Source: Paraspadella gotoi (lineage: Eukaryota; Animalia; Chaetognatha). Taken from it: a stretch of DNA of 64,000 nt. A program made the position numbers and the translations under genes. The notes below the pieces were generated by a model. The model was not told the DNA's origin and did no database searches. It saw only the letters and a program-made list of their open reading frames with translations. Within the stretch, counting starts at the first letter, position 1; each line of letters begins with the position of its first letter. The stretch covers positions 7,612,635 to 7,676,634 of the forward strand of contig CM119263.1 in NCBI GenBank assembly GCA_051294375.1, given 5' to 3'. This document shows, one piece after another, positions 35,012 to 49,424 of the stretch.

Positions 35012-36663
35012 AAGGGGCTTATTAACTGACTCGTGGCTCCTCAAAGTTCAAATTGCTTTACACAACGATGACTGCAGCCTTCAGGAGCCGGCCATGGGTA
35101 TGGCGTTGAATGTTTGACCAGGCCAATTTCTTTGCCTATAAATTTGACTTTGAACGCCTGACGCTTGAGGAGGGGGGGGGGCGCTGTGGTTCTAATATTC
35201 CCGGCACGGTGTCGCCCCTTCGGTGAGGTGCTTGCTTTGGCCTCGCCTCGTATTTCATGCAAGTGTGCGTTTATGATCCATTTCAAATTCAGCGCAGCTC
35301 AGGAAATTCTGCATAAATTGAGCATTAGTGAGCAAAGACGTAAATGCGAAGAGAGAAGAAAAAAAAATTGCTTTTTGCCCACAACCCTTTTTTCTCGCTC
35401 CGCAGCGCTGCAGCTGGTACGGGGCGAGAGAGAGAGAGAGAGGGAGGGAGAGAGAGAGAGAGTTCGTGGAATTTTTCCAACGTCCTCGTCGTTAACGTGA
35501 CTCTCGGGTGGAATGGTGTCGTTATGCTAAAGAATAGTAGCAGTATCGACACTGCTGAAAAAAACTTGTAATCCAGCGCTGTCTCGCTCTCCATCTCTCT
35601 CTCTCTCTCTCGCTCTCCATCTCCATATATCCATCCATCTCTCGAAAAATTTGAGTTTGTCTGCCCTGCTGCCAAACTATTATGGAGGGAAGGCCATGAA
35701 AGCCAGCGATGACTTTTGGATGTCAACCCACCAGAGTGAAAGAAAGCAGACCCGGCTTCATTTCGAGTCATATCTTCCGAGCGGATGAACGCTGTGCCGA
35801 CGCAGCGCTGAGAATTTTATTTCATCATTGTCCTTTGAAGCGGCGGTGGCATCGAGGGGGGATGGAAATATGGGTTTCGTCATTATGCATGCCGCGCTAA
35901 ACACGAAAGCGTTGGAATTCTTTTTTTTTTATTTTCACACACACAGAAAAAAAGAAAATCTTGACAGCAGCACCTCGCAGGGTTCCGCCCATTTTTTTTT
36001 ATGTGTGCTTGTTTGTGCGATTGTGTGTGTGTGCTGCCATGGCAAAGTGGGCGTGGCCGACCAATGGTCAAGGTATCACACATGAAAAAACGACAAAAAG
36101 GGCGGCCAAATTCGCGGCGTTGACCGGGTCAGGCGTTGTATCGCCCTTGAGGTCACTCATTTCAAGAACAGATCCCGAGGCTTAGCGCCCAACTTAACTA
36201 CGCGGCGTCGGCGTCGAGAGAGAGGGAGCTGGGGGGGGGGGTTTAGGCGATTGCGGGTCGAGCGGGCGTTTGTTGCCAGGGGGAAAAGACCGACGGTGGG
36301 TGGGTGGCCGTGAAGGCGCTACGACGGACATCACCACCCGCCGTGCAAAACTAATGTTAGACTTTGTGTGTGACTCTTCTGACCTTTGCGCGAGATGGAA
36401 GGAGAAAATCCCGATGCATTTAGCTTTTTTCTTTTTATATCTCTTCCTTTTCTTTCCTTCGATCTTTCTTTTCCGAGTTTTTTTTTTATATCTCTTCTCT
36501 CTCCTTCTTTTCTTATCTCCTGTTCTAATTTTTTACATCAACTTCTCTCCTTTTTTTCTCCCTCGTCTTTCTGTCCGGCTTTTTTTTTTTTTTTTATCTT
36601 GCCAAGTTTTCTCGTCGGTCTCGTTTTTCCGCGGAACTGGGCCTCCTCGAGTCCCGGCACCCA

Positions 36664-36695
<32 letters not shown>

Positions 36696-36701
36696 TTCTC
36701 T

Positions 36702-36756
<55 letters not shown>

Positions 36757-37348
36757 CCATTCGCGTCCAGTTCATCCGTTCAACCGGCTACGTTGAACAA
36801 ATGACGCGTTTGTAAGACGATCGAGAGACGATATTGACTTTCCGAGTCCGAGTAGAGAATCACGGGGTGGACGACGATGACGACGACGAAAGTGACGACG
36901 ACGATCACGACGACGAAGGTGACGACAAGGATGGAAATGCTGACAAGAACAACAACAACGCCAGCCGACTCCGTCTTTGCTGGTCAATGGCAAAAAAAAA
37001 AAACGGGAGGGAAAAATGACGGGGAAAAACGACGACGTAGAAAACGACGACGACGACGACGACGACGAAGACGACAGACTCGCGTACGAGAATCGAGAAT
37101 CGAGATTGACTTGTGGGAGTCGCGTCTGTGGCGGCGGTGGAGAGGGTGAGGAAGGTAAAGGTGGGGGTGGAATGGTGGAATGGTGGGTGACTGAGGATGT
37201 GGAGTGGAAAGACGGAAACACTTAGCGGAGTTTTTCAAGGGAAGGAGAAGAAAAGATAAACTGGGACTGATGGAGTGTCAGAAAGAGTGATGTTCTCAAA
37301 GAAGGAGAGTAAAAACTTTCTTGTCATTGTCGTCATTGTCGTCGTCTT

Positions 37349-37416
37349 CATCATAATCATCATCATCATCATCATGATCATCATCATCTTCATCATCATC
37401 ATCATCATCATCATCA
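37349..37416 (+). repeat. (ATC)n microsatellite
   Basis: Imperfect ATC run. Confidence 0.9.
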
Positions 37417-37955
37417 CCGTCCTTCCCTCAACATCTGAGTTGTCGGCGACGATTGTGAAGTCGCCCGACGTCAATTCCGCGACACTCTCTCTCCATCGCC
37501 GACTCGATGACGTCCGAAGACAGACAAACTGTCCGTTTTGTCAGTTCATTTTTGCGCGGTAGTCCGTATATCCGTTGTTCGCAAAAGACCGAGATTTATA
37601 TTTTGACGTCGTTTGACGGCGCGCGGGGGCATTTAGATATGGGACAGGAAAGCAAATATTGTCACATCATGATATGTGTCTCAAAAAATATTATTGATCG
37701 ACTAGGATAGAATTTTAAAAATGAAGTGAATCTAATCTAAACTAATCTCTATATAAGAAAAAGTAGGAATTCACGTGACCAGAGTTCTTTTTCTACGAGA
37801 CTCTCAAACAAAGTTTCTATTTCCTACTTCCAAGTTCGATTTCCCACTTCCTTTCTATTAGCTGTCTTAAATATATATAATATCATACATCGAATTATCG
37901 ATATATTGATATTATATATATTATTTATATATATGAATATACAAATCTATACATA

Positions 37956-38062
37956 CATCTCCCACCTCTTATCTTACAATCTCGCATCTCTGATCTCCCA
38001 TGTCCGATTTCCCATATACGATCTTCCATCTCCCACCTATTTTCCACCATCTCCCATCCCTT
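37956..38062 (+). repeat. Degenerate 7-bp periodic repeat (consensus ATCTCCC)
   Basis: ATCTCGC ATCTCTG ATCTCCC ATGTCCG ATTTCCC ATATACG ATCTTCC ATCTCCC in register. Confidence 0.75.
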
Positions 38063-38224
38063 CCCCTTTCGTCGTCTGACCACCGATCGCGACCTAATCT
38101 CTTTCCTGCCTTCGAAAGAAAAAAAAAGGGGGAAAAAATTTCCATTTCCATTTTCCGTCCAGAATTCGGGGCATAACAATACGCATCGGGTAGTACCGTN
38201 NNNNNNNNNNNNNNNNNNNNNNNN

Positions 38225-38255
38225 GAGAGACGAGAGAACGAGAGAGAGGAGAGAG

Positions 38256-38304
<49 letters not shown>

Positions 38305-41300
38305 AAGAGAGGAGGAAATAAACGCAAGAACGAAGCCAACCGGAAAATAAAGGGATTTGGGTAAGGATTCCGCGGACGTTTGAACGCAGTGGGGGTAGAC
38401 AACCTCTGCGAGTTACTACTGTTATGTAATGGTAGTCGTAGATTCTCTCTCTCCTTCCACTCACTGCGACTTGAAGCTCAAAATTCCTTGCTAAAAATTC
38501 GAGCCTGAAAATAAAATTAATTATTTCCCGTTCGAGAAAAAAAAAAGGGAAAAAAAGAAAAAAAAGGGAAAAATGCAACGTACAATTAGGTTAAAGACTC
38601 CGTTGCTGATTAACTAATCCAAAAAGAAGGAACTACGCACTCCGTATTTTTTGCGTGTGAACGTGCGTGCTCTTGTGCACGCGGGTGTAAGTTTCATGCG
38701 CGTTTAGTTATTTTTCTCGGGGTGTCTTCCTAGGCCGGTGACGAGCGGACATTCGCACATAACTGGAATAATGATACTATATATACCGGACGATATAGTG
38801 ATTATCGTTATTATTAGTTACAAATCTATGAACGGATACTGTCTCCTTCTGCTGGTACTTCGGATGATGATATTTTCTCGTGATCAGCTAATAATTTTCA
38901 GTCTAATCAATTTTGTGAGACACACGATTTTAAGTCAACATCATGGAAATTTTTGGTACCCTCCCATTACATATTATTGATCTACTGAATATTTTTTAAG
39001 AGCTTTACTGAGACAGAAATTTTGGCCGGTCTTTCCGTTGTCGTGCTCACCATTCTGCATTATTCCACCCATAACCTGAATCAAAATGAAATAAAAAATT
39101 TTTCTGAAAAAAGTCCACATTTTCTCAATTTTGAATGCCGACTACGAAAATTGCAAAACCGGAATTCATTTCCTCCTTTCCTTCCCTCCTAAAAAAATCT
39201 CGGAGAAATTCCAATTTCAGTAAAACTTGGTTTTTTCTTCTTTGAATTTTTTTTTTTTTTCAAAAAGTTGAAAGAAAAAAAAATTTTTCTAAGAAATCGC
39301 GCGCTTGAGCGACGTGCTCCCGTGGTGGCGTCGTCGTCGTCTCAGTCGTCCGGCATCGTCTCGTCGGCATCAGTCGTCGTCTCGTCGTCGGGTCCTTTGA
39401 AAAAAACTTTCAAATTTTAACATTTTGAAATTCTAACCCCATCGTCGTCGTCTCATTTTCGTATCGTCGTCCTCGTTCCGGTTTGCTCCTCCTTCCTCAT
39501 TTCCTTTCAGATTCCATTTCTGCTTCGATCTTTCGCGAATTTTTCTTCCGCTTTTCTCTGGATTTAGTACTCACTATTTAAATTTCCCTTCCGATTTATG
39601 AAAAAAAATCTAATTTGATTAGTCAGTTTTGATTTGCTTTCTTAATTCATGTCAAAAACGTGTCCAGTTTTTCTGTTAACCTTCGATGTGTGTTTTCGAT
39701 CGCGAGTTTCACTATAAGGACGAGTGAACATTGCAATCGGGTCCTGCGTCCCTGTCTCATCAGCGGAACGGAGTCCATTATCTTCTGCAAATCGTTTCTC
39801 TTTCTCTTTCTCTCGTCCTTTAGTCATTGAATCGATCTTTGGACTTTCTCGCATGAACACACTTTTAAAAATAATGTGGCAAATGTTTTCCTGATTTTTT
39901 TTTTACCATATAATTTAACCCGCCGAAATAAAACGGTAATTATTCAATGTAGACTAGTATTGCTCTATTTGACTCCTATCGAACTTTTAAAGTTCAGAAA
40001 TTTAAACTAAAAGAGAATATGTTTTAGAAATTATTCGATTGGGCTTCAGTAGGTATTGGGGTAAAGCCAAAAGAAGCTTTACGGCTGTCCTACACTCCAC
40101 TGGTCTATATGAAATGCAGTGACAATCGCTTCACCTGCTTCCATGAAATATTCTCAGTGATAAACTCCACTGACAAACTCCACTTTTTCTCTGTCCTCAG
40201 TGATAAACCCAAAAACAAACTCACCATCGCGAAAACAAAAAGCCTCGGGAAAGTCAAGTATGCGCGTCCTGAAGTTCCTCCCTCAGGGAAAATCTCGCTG
40301 GTCCACGTGAACGCGAAGAAAAAAAGTTATCCCGGCCGCGGAATATTACCACGTCTTTTCGCGTTATTTTACTACGAGCAAGTAAGTACTAGTTCTCCTC
40401 AGTTCTCATCTCATTCATTTTACTCAGTCTCTCTCCTCCATTCTAATCACAATTCTTCACATTGTATAATTACATCTAATAATTAAGGTAGTGGTCCTTT
40501 AATACAATTAAACATTCTTTTAAACATACAACTTCATTGATAGGGAAGTCGGCGCTCTGGTTGTGAATTTAGCAAGACTGTGAGAGGTCTGATTGAAAGC
40601 TAGCAGGGTCCCTGCTCTGTTATTATCTTTAAGACGGATGGAGGCCTAAACCACTGTAGTCCCGCCAAAAATGAGCAAGATAGCTGTTATTAATAAATAA
40701 ATAATTAATTTTTTATATATCATATATCACATTTCTTGTATTTTTGTAATTTTAAACATAGCGAGTGACAACTTTTTTCGTGTTTCGTGGTGAAATTCAT
40801 TGTCTTGGTCGTTTCGTCGTCGTCGTCGTCGGTCGTCATCGTAATATGAGCGATGGTTGAAGGAGTTCCAGACCCTTGGCGGAGGCTGCCTCAGATTTCG
40901 CGGAGAATTGAAGAAGAAAATCTCCTTTGAAAAAGGTTGCAACCTTCGACGGCATTCATCTGTCCTCTGACTTTCCTTTGTACTTCTTCAATGGACCGCC
41001 ACCATCCCTCTGCCTTTGCTGTTTTAATATCCTTTCATCTCTGATTTACTTTTACATCAACTACCTTTCAACTCTCTTTCTTTTACTCGAGCTTCGCCTC
41101 TCACTTTCCACCTATCTTTACCTCTTCTTCTCTTTTTTTCTCTTTTGTCTTTCTTCGGGCTCTCTCTTTCTTTTCTCGCCTCCTCTTCTCTTCGCCTCAG
41201 TCATGAGCCCATCTTCACCTCGAAATGTTTATTTCAACTCAACGGAAATCGATTTTCAATATTTTGTTCTCATTTTTACCCTCATGACTACTGTGTTCTT

Positions 41301-41571
41301 TTTAATCTTGTATCTTTACATGTGCCTATAAGTATTTTATATTAATTTTTTTTCGGTTTCTTAAAATCTTAGTAAAAACATTACTATGAATTTAGCACGT
41401 CCTTGGAAAGTAAGAGATGATGACTCGTTAAAATTTGATTAATTTGCTCCAGCAGAAAAACAAATACTGCCGAGTGAAATTTTTTTTTTGGAAATTCATT
41501 TAAAAACTGATTGAACATTCGATTTTTCTTCGATTCGTAAATTTCGCCCTGATTCTCTCTCTCTCTCTCTT

Positions 41572-41620
<49 letters not shown>

Positions 41621-42163
41621 ATCTCTCTCTCTCTCTCTTCTCTCTCATGAATCATCATCCGATTTTGTTCGAGAAAGGGCGAAAGAAAAATGGGCGAAGC
41701 GAAAAAGATTCAACCCTCCATAGATTTATAATTAGATACGGTGCTGTGGTGCGCGGCGTCCGAATACGGTGCTGTGGTGCCTGCGTGTCCGAAGAGGTTT
41801 GGATGCGGATACCGGGTTTGGAAAACGAAGATCGAAGATCATCGCCTCGATTCTTTTTTGGAGAGAAAAAGAGAAATGAAATCGAGTTTTGACCTAATTA
41901 CGATCTATTTTTTCGTGGGGGGGTGGGGGGGAGGCAATTTATAATTTGTGACAAAACTCTAACGGTGGGAGGGGACGATAATGATATACATAAGTTAAAA
42001 TAATAAATAATAATAATAACTAGAATCTACGTTAGAATTCTGTATTTGTAAGAAAAAAAAAATCATTTGGGTAGAAGAAAAATTTCGAGAAATAATTTCG
42101 GTGGCAAGTGCTCCGTCGTGATAGCCATGTCAAGAAAAGAAAGCGAATGAAGGAAGAGAGAGA

Positions 42164-42219
<56 letters not shown>

Positions 42220-45200
42220 TGCTCAGAATACGGCTCGCTGGAAATCGCGTCTCTAATTTCCACTAATGAGCGAGAATCCTTTATTTCAAAATCGGTCCTG
42301 ACTCATTAGCAGGGGTCATCCCATCTAATGGGCCGAGAATTCCTGGCGTGGAATGGGCGCGTCTGTCTCGTCTCTGTCTCTGTCTCTGTCTCTGTCTCTC
42401 TCTCCCGATTTAATACTTCGAAAACAGCGGAACCGAAATTGAGGGTCCGATCCGAGGGAGCGATCGAGGTCGCGGGCTTTCGAGCCACGCTCCTCTTTGT
42501 AACCCATTCCCGTCATGTGAAATAAGTCCATAGAATCCGTTGGGGACAAATCAAGCATGGTCGATTAATTTTGATGATTTGTAAAAAGATTACAATCTTT
42601 TTCTTGAAATAAAATTGAAAAAAAATGTAAGTTTTTGATTAAATTTTAAAAAGAATTTGTTATTTATATTTTAATAATGATAGATTAACACTTACAATAA
42701 TCTAATAATTCATTAATAAATCATCGATTTAGCTCCAAAAACTCAATTAATTTGTTTTCTTTCAATTTTGAAAAAAAAAATGAAATAACATTCATTCATG
42801 CGTTGAATCCGGAAACCGCGTTTCAGCGTGAACTCATATCAAAAGCACAAAAGAAAATTCGAGTAACAATATTGTATTCGAATCGACGACATTGTCCATC
42901 AATTGTAGCTTCCAATTTTTGTTCATTTTCGAATTCATTCAACCTTAAAATAACGCCTGAAATGAATATTTCAACTCGTGAGAACAATTGATAAATGAAT
43001 CGCTTGAACGACGCTAATTTGTTTTTTTTAGTTTCGAGCGAAGGAATTTTTTTTTTTTTTTTTTTCAAGTCATTAATCACAGCAGTGCAGTCACCGCTAA
43101 ACATAGGGCTTCGCGTGGCGAGGGTTTGGTTTTCCCGACTTCAACGCAAATATTTTAGATCCTTGTTGCCCTTCAGCGCTGGCGTGACTGGACGTCCAGG
43201 TGACTCAAAGGGGCTTATTAACTGACTCGTGGCTCCTCAAAGTTCAACATTGCTTTACACAACGATGACTGCAGCCTTCAGGAGCCGGCTGGCGCGGGGC
43301 AAAAAGATGGGTATGGCGTTGAATGTTTGACAGGCCAATTTTCTGCCTAAAATTTGACTTTGAACGCCTGACGCTTGAGGAGGCGGTAGGGGGGGGGGGG
43401 CCGACTGTGGTTCTAATATTCACGGCACGGGTGTCGCCCCTTTCGGTGAGGTGCTTGCTTTGGGCATCGCCTCGTATTCATGCAAGTGTGCCGTTTTATG
43501 ATCCATTTCAAATTGCAGCGCAGCTCAGGAAATTCTGCCATAAATTGGAGCATTAGTGAGGCAAGACGTAAATGCGGAAGAGAGAAGAAAAAAAAATTGC
43601 TTTTTTTGCCCACAACCCTTTTTCTCGCCTCCGCCTAGCGCTGCAGTGGTCGGGGAGCGAAGAGAAAAAAGAGAGGAGAGAGGGAGGAGGAGAGAGAGAG
43701 AGAGTTCGTGGAATTTTTCCAACGTCTCGTCGTTAACCGTGACTCCTCTGGATGATGGTGCGTTATGCTAAAATAGTAGCAGTATCGACACTGCTGAAAA
43801 AAACTTGTAATCCAGCGCTGTCTCGCTTCCATCTCTCTCTTCTCTCTCTTCGCTCATCCATCTGCCATATTTTATATCCATCCATGCTCTCGAGAAAATT
43901 TGAGTTTGTCTGCCCTGCTCGAAACTATTATGGAGCGGAAGGCCATGAAAAAGCCAGCGATTGACTTTTTGGATGTCAACCACCAGAGTGGAAGAAAGAC
44001 AGACCGGCGTTCAATTTCCGAGTATATCTTCCGAGCGTGACGCTGTTAAGTCCGACCCAGCGCAGATCACATTCCAGAACGCGTGGCTGAGGACATAGGG
44101 GATGCATCATTGGGCCTTGCTAGCGGCCCCGTCATATGATGCATATGCCTAAGCGCGCCTAAACACGAAGAGCGTTTGAGATGTCTTATTTTTTTTATTT
44201 TCTACACCACACCAGAAAAAAAGAAAATCATTTGACAGCAGCACCTCGCAGGTTCCCGCCATTTTTTTTATGTGTCGCTTGTTTGGCGCGATTGTGTGTG
44301 TGTGCCTGCATGGCAAAGTGGCGCCTGGCCAGACCAAACGTGGTCAAGGTATCACACATGAGAAAAGAACAAAAGGGCGGCAAATTCGCCGGGCCGGCTT
44401 CACCGGGTAGGCGTTGTAATCGCGCCCTTTGAGTGCTCACTCATTTCAAGAACAGATCCTTGAGGCATTACGCGGCCACCCTTAACTACGCCGGCGTCGC
44501 GTCGAGAGAGAGGCGGGAGCGGGGGGGTTAGCGATTGCGGGCGACGGGCGTGTTGGCTTGCCTAGGAGGCAGCCGAGTGGCCTGGGTGGCCGTGAAGGCG
44601 CTACTGACGGCATGCATCCACCGCGTGCAAAACCCTAATGTTAGACTTTGTGATGTGCCTCTTCTGACCTTTGCGCGAGATGGGAAGGGAGTAAAAATTC
44701 CCGATGCAAAAATACTTTTCTTCTTTTAATATTTCTTTTCTTCCTATTCTTTTCCTTCGATCTTCTTTTCCGAGTTTTTTCTTTTTAATTCTTCTCTCAA
44801 TCTTGCTTTCTCATTCCTTTCATTTTTGACATCTTCTCTTCGCTTTTTTTTCTCCTCTCGGTCTTTTTCTGTCCGGCGCAATATTTTTAACTTTTTTATC
44901 TTGTCAAGTTTTCTCGTCGGTCTTCCTTTTTCCGCGACTGGCCTCGAGTCCGCACCCATTCCTCTCTTTCTCTCTCGTCTCTCTCTCTCTCTCTCTCTCT
45001 CCTCTCTCTCTCGTCTCTCTCAATCTTCTCTCCTCTCTTCTCTCTCTCTCTCTCCTCCCATTCGGCTGTCCATTCATCCGTTCACACCGGCTAGTTGATA
45101 CAAATGACGCGTTTGTAAGACGATCGAGAAGACGATATTGACTTTCCGAGTCCGAGTAGAGAATCAACGGTGGACGACGATGACGACGACGAAAGTGCGA

Positions 45201-46886
45201 CAAGACGACGATACGACACGAAAGTGACGAAAGGAAGGAAATGCCGACAAGGAACAACAACAACGCCTCAGTTCCGACTCCGTTTTGTGGTCAATGGACA
45301 AAAAAAAAAAAACGGGAGGGAAACCATGCCGGGGAAAAACGAGACGTAGAAAGACGACGACGACGACGACGACTGAGCGACAGACTCGCGTAGAGAATCG
45401 AGAATCGAGATTGAGACTTTGGGAGCGCGTCTGTGGCGCTTCGGTGGAGAGGGTGGTGTAAGGGAAGGTAAGGTGGGGGTGGAATGTGATGTGGGTGATC
45501 AGGCAGGATGTGGAGCTGGAAAAGACGGAAACACTTAGCGGAGTTTTTCACAGGGAAGGAGAAGAAAATATAAACTGGACTGATGAGAGGTCAGAAAGAG
45601 TGATGTCTCAAGAGGAGAGGTTAAAACTTCTCTGTCATTGTCGTCATTGTCGTCGTCTATCATATCATCATCACGCATCATGATCATCAATCTTCATCAT
45701 CACTCGATAGACATCAGTCTCCTCAACACTATGTCGGCGACGATGTGTGAAGTCGCGCGTCAATTCCGCGACACTCTCTCTCCGCGCCGATCGGATGACG
45801 TCCGAAACCGACAAACTGTCCGTTTTTTTGTCAGTTCATTTTTGCGCGTGCTAGTCCGTTATATCCCGTTGTTCGCCAAAAGGACCGAGATTAATATTTA
45901 TGACGTCGTTTGACGGCGCGCGGGGCATTTAGGATAATTGGGACAGGAAAGCAAATATTGTCACATCATGATATGTGGTCTCAAAAAATATTAATGATCG
46001 ACTAGGATAGAATTTTTAAAAAGAAGTGAATCTAATCTATAAACTATCTCTATATTAAGAAAAAGTAGGAAATTCACCGTGACCAGAGTTCTTTTTTCTA
46101 CGAGACTCTCAACAAAGTTTCTATTTCCTACTTCCAAGTTCGATTTCCCACTTCCTTTCCTTAGCTGTCTTTAACATATATATATATCATATCCATCGAA
46201 TTATCAGATATATTGATATTATATATATATTTATATATATGAATATACAATCTATACATACATCTCCCACCTCTATCTCTACAATCTCGCATCTCTGGAT
46301 CTCCCATGTCCGATTTCCCATATACGATCTCTCCATCCACATTCACCATCTCCCATCCCCTCCCCTTTGATCAGTATGACCACCGATAGCGACTAATCTC
46401 TTTCTGCCTTGCGAAAGAAAAAAAAAAGGGGGAAAAAATTTCCATTTTCCATTTTCCGTCCAGAATTCGGGACATACAATACGCATCGGTAGTACCTCCG
46501 CCTTCTCCCCCCTGCGACCAACCCATAGTTCATCCCCCCCCACTTGCCCTTCACCACTCACCCTCCCACCTGCCCTATCCTCACCCTGTGACCTCCATCT
46601 CGAGGTTTTTACTCTGATTCAGAAAGCGACTCGTCTTTGCCAAATTCTTCTTTATTTTTTCTTCCGTGCTTTTTTTTTTTTTTTTTTTTTTTTTTGCTTT
46701 CTTTCCTGATCTCTTTCGCCTTGCTCTTTGCATCCTTCCCCTTTTACCCTTCCAACATCATTTCTTCTTCCTTATTTCTTTTCTGACCATGCTTTCTGCT
46801 CTTCCCACATCTTCTGTACATCGTTGACTAACTCTCTTCCCTTTTGCTCCTTTTTTCTTTAAAGCATTTTCTCTTATTCCATTTTT
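38225..46886 (+). repeat. ~8 kb triplicated block, copy 2 (indel-rich)
   Basis: Bounded on both sides by gaps of exactly 25 N (38200-38224, 46887-46911). Extends about 390 bp beyond the end of copy 1. Confidence 0.95.
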
Positions 46887-49393
46887 NNNNNNNNNNNNNN
46901 NNNNNNNNNNNTTATTGAAGTGAACCATGAAAAAAATTATATAGATTCTTCATCAAAAGTACAGCAAATAAATATAACAAATGAATTGATAAATAAATCC
47001 AATACAATAAATAAAATAATAAATAAATAAATAAATTAAATCACAATAAAATATAATAAATACAATAAATAAATAAATAAATATAATAAATAAACAAATA
47101 ATTCAAGAAACAGATAAAAATGTTGAAATAAGAAAAACCGGTGATGCTCAAATGCAAAGAAAAAAAATCCGGTTGAAGTAGAGAAGCGATTTTGGGACAA
47201 ATGTTCTTTGTAATCTTATTCATGCTAAAGCTCCGCTAAAGGAGCCTCATTACCACACTTTAAGCACGAGTTACATTAATTCCCCTCAGAAGAGAACGAC
47301 CGAGGATTTGCATAAACAGTTATCTGAACGCGATAAAAACTATTCTTTCCTCTCCTTCTCTCTCTCCCTTCTTCTATCTCTCTCTCTTTCTCTCTGCCTC
47401 GTCATCTCAATCCTCTGAGACTTTTTTCCCCCATCCATCCCAATTATGGTCCGCAAGAGCATCCGCGCACAGTGGCAGGAATCGCTGCTTGCAACGACCT
47501 CGTGAAGCGGTTGTCGAGCGAAAAATCAACCAGGCGATTTTTCAGACAATCGAATAACGTCTTCTTCCCCGAATATATCATGTGTCACCGGAAATACAAG
47601 AAAGGTTTGACACGTTTCGAAGAGAACGCTTTAACATTTAAATTTTAATTAAATTTAATTTAATTTAATTTAAATTTAATTTAATTTAATTTTAATAAAT
47701 TTAATAGACAATAACCACTCTCCCAGTTCCTGCTCGCTAATCTATACCTCGGCACGGGCCGGAAGGGTGAATAACGTAAAATTTAAAACCCCGGCTTTCG
47801 TCTATGTATTCAAGTTGACAACCTCGACACTCCTCCACACACACACCCCAGGCATGTCAACAATAACACTCCACCACATCCGGTGAATTTTTCGCCTTCT
47901 AAATGAGGTTATGAGGGAAAAAGAAAGAAGACACGTTTAGATAAAGACTACGGACGGCGACGGAGGCGGTCTTCGCTGTAACATCTATGGTTTTTATATG
48001 AGAGAGAGAGAGAGGAGAAGAGAGAGAGAGAGAGAGAGAGCAGAGAGAGAGAGAAGAGAGAGAGACGAGAGAGAGGAGAGAGAGAGAAACAAAAAACGAA
48101 GGAAAAAAAGAAAGATAATATCTAAGAAAAAAAAAGAGAAGAATGGCCGCGTAAATTCGAAATAAAATAATGGCGATATATTCGCCGTGGTCAAGACGCA
48201 ACGAATGCATATTAGAGTCAATCATTCGGTCTAACCTCGCTTTGGTTTCGTCGAATGTGGGGAGGAGTGGGCAGATGTGGAAAGGAGAAAAGGAGAGGAG
48301 AAGGGGTAGAGCAAAGGAGGAGGCGGCAGGGCAGGGAAAAGTGAGAGGGAGAGCGAGTTAAAAGTGAAGGAACCATACTCCGAGCGGCGACAAGTGGGAT
48401 CGAGAGGCGGGGAAGAAAAGTTTTGTGAGTATTTGCAGGGGTTAAAGCAATGTGGTTAGAGCAGGGCAGGGAACGACGTAGGGTCAGGAACCGACCGGCA
48501 GGGCGGGGACGGGCGGGTTGGGGCAAGCAGGGCCGGGCGAGGCGTCGAACCGCGAGCCAAAAATTTCCGCATTTCCTTTCCATTTTCTGTCCGCTTCCCT
48601 CGTATCGCCGAGAGGAGCGGCGAGCCAACAAAACCCGATTTCCCTTCCATTGTACAACGAAAAACTTTCTGGTGGAAGAAAAAGAAAGAAGGAAAAACAG
48701 GGCGAGAGGGTGTGGACGATCTTGTAGGCGATGGATAATAATTTCGTAAAACCCGATTTCAAGGTTCGCGTTAACGTGTCTTGTTTACGCACGTCTTGAG
48801 ATGCGGTTCAGTTGATAATGAGAGTGCTGAATAAAATGATAAGAGAAGGAAAAGAGAGAAAATTGTAAGATAACTGTGGCGAAAAACTTTACAGGGCTAA
48901 CTAAAAGCTTTAGCTTTAAAATGTTTGTAGTTAAACGACAAACTTTAAAATAACAAAACTCCACCTATGAAACAAGCGATCCAAGTATATTTTTGTTTTA
49001 TGTTTGTGTTTTATCTTACCTAAATCTTATTTACAGTTTAACACACCAACAAACTTATATATAAAGTCCTGCAGATGCGAATTCCAACGAACGATACACA
49101 GAACATTTTCGACGAGATCGAAACGAACGAAACCAAAATGTTTGCCCTGTAAATAAAAGATACCAGTGATTTTGTACATATAAAAGAGAAGTTTTTTTCT
49201 AGCAAAGAAACAGTGATAAATTTCCGAACCGTCGTCCTACAATTTTCCAAACGTAAACAGATAATAATACAAATATATTGCCGACCAGTTGAATCTGCTT
49301 AAAGAGCATAATTTCCAACAAAAAAAACCTCCAGATCTTTTCTATAGATTCTCTCTCTTCTCTCTCTCCTCTCTCTCTCTCTCTTCTCTGCTC

Positions 49394-49424
<31 letters not shown>

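Larger units (their letters stand above)
30221..38199 (+). repeat. ~8 kb triplicated block, copy 1
   Basis: Colinear with 38316-46496 and about 51985-59892. Ends at a 25-N gap. Confidence 0.95.

Noticed and set aside
36771-36811. 41-nt micro-exon (cag|TTCATCC..TTT|gtaaga)
   Set aside because: The acceptor AG is absent in the other two copies, and no partner exons were found.
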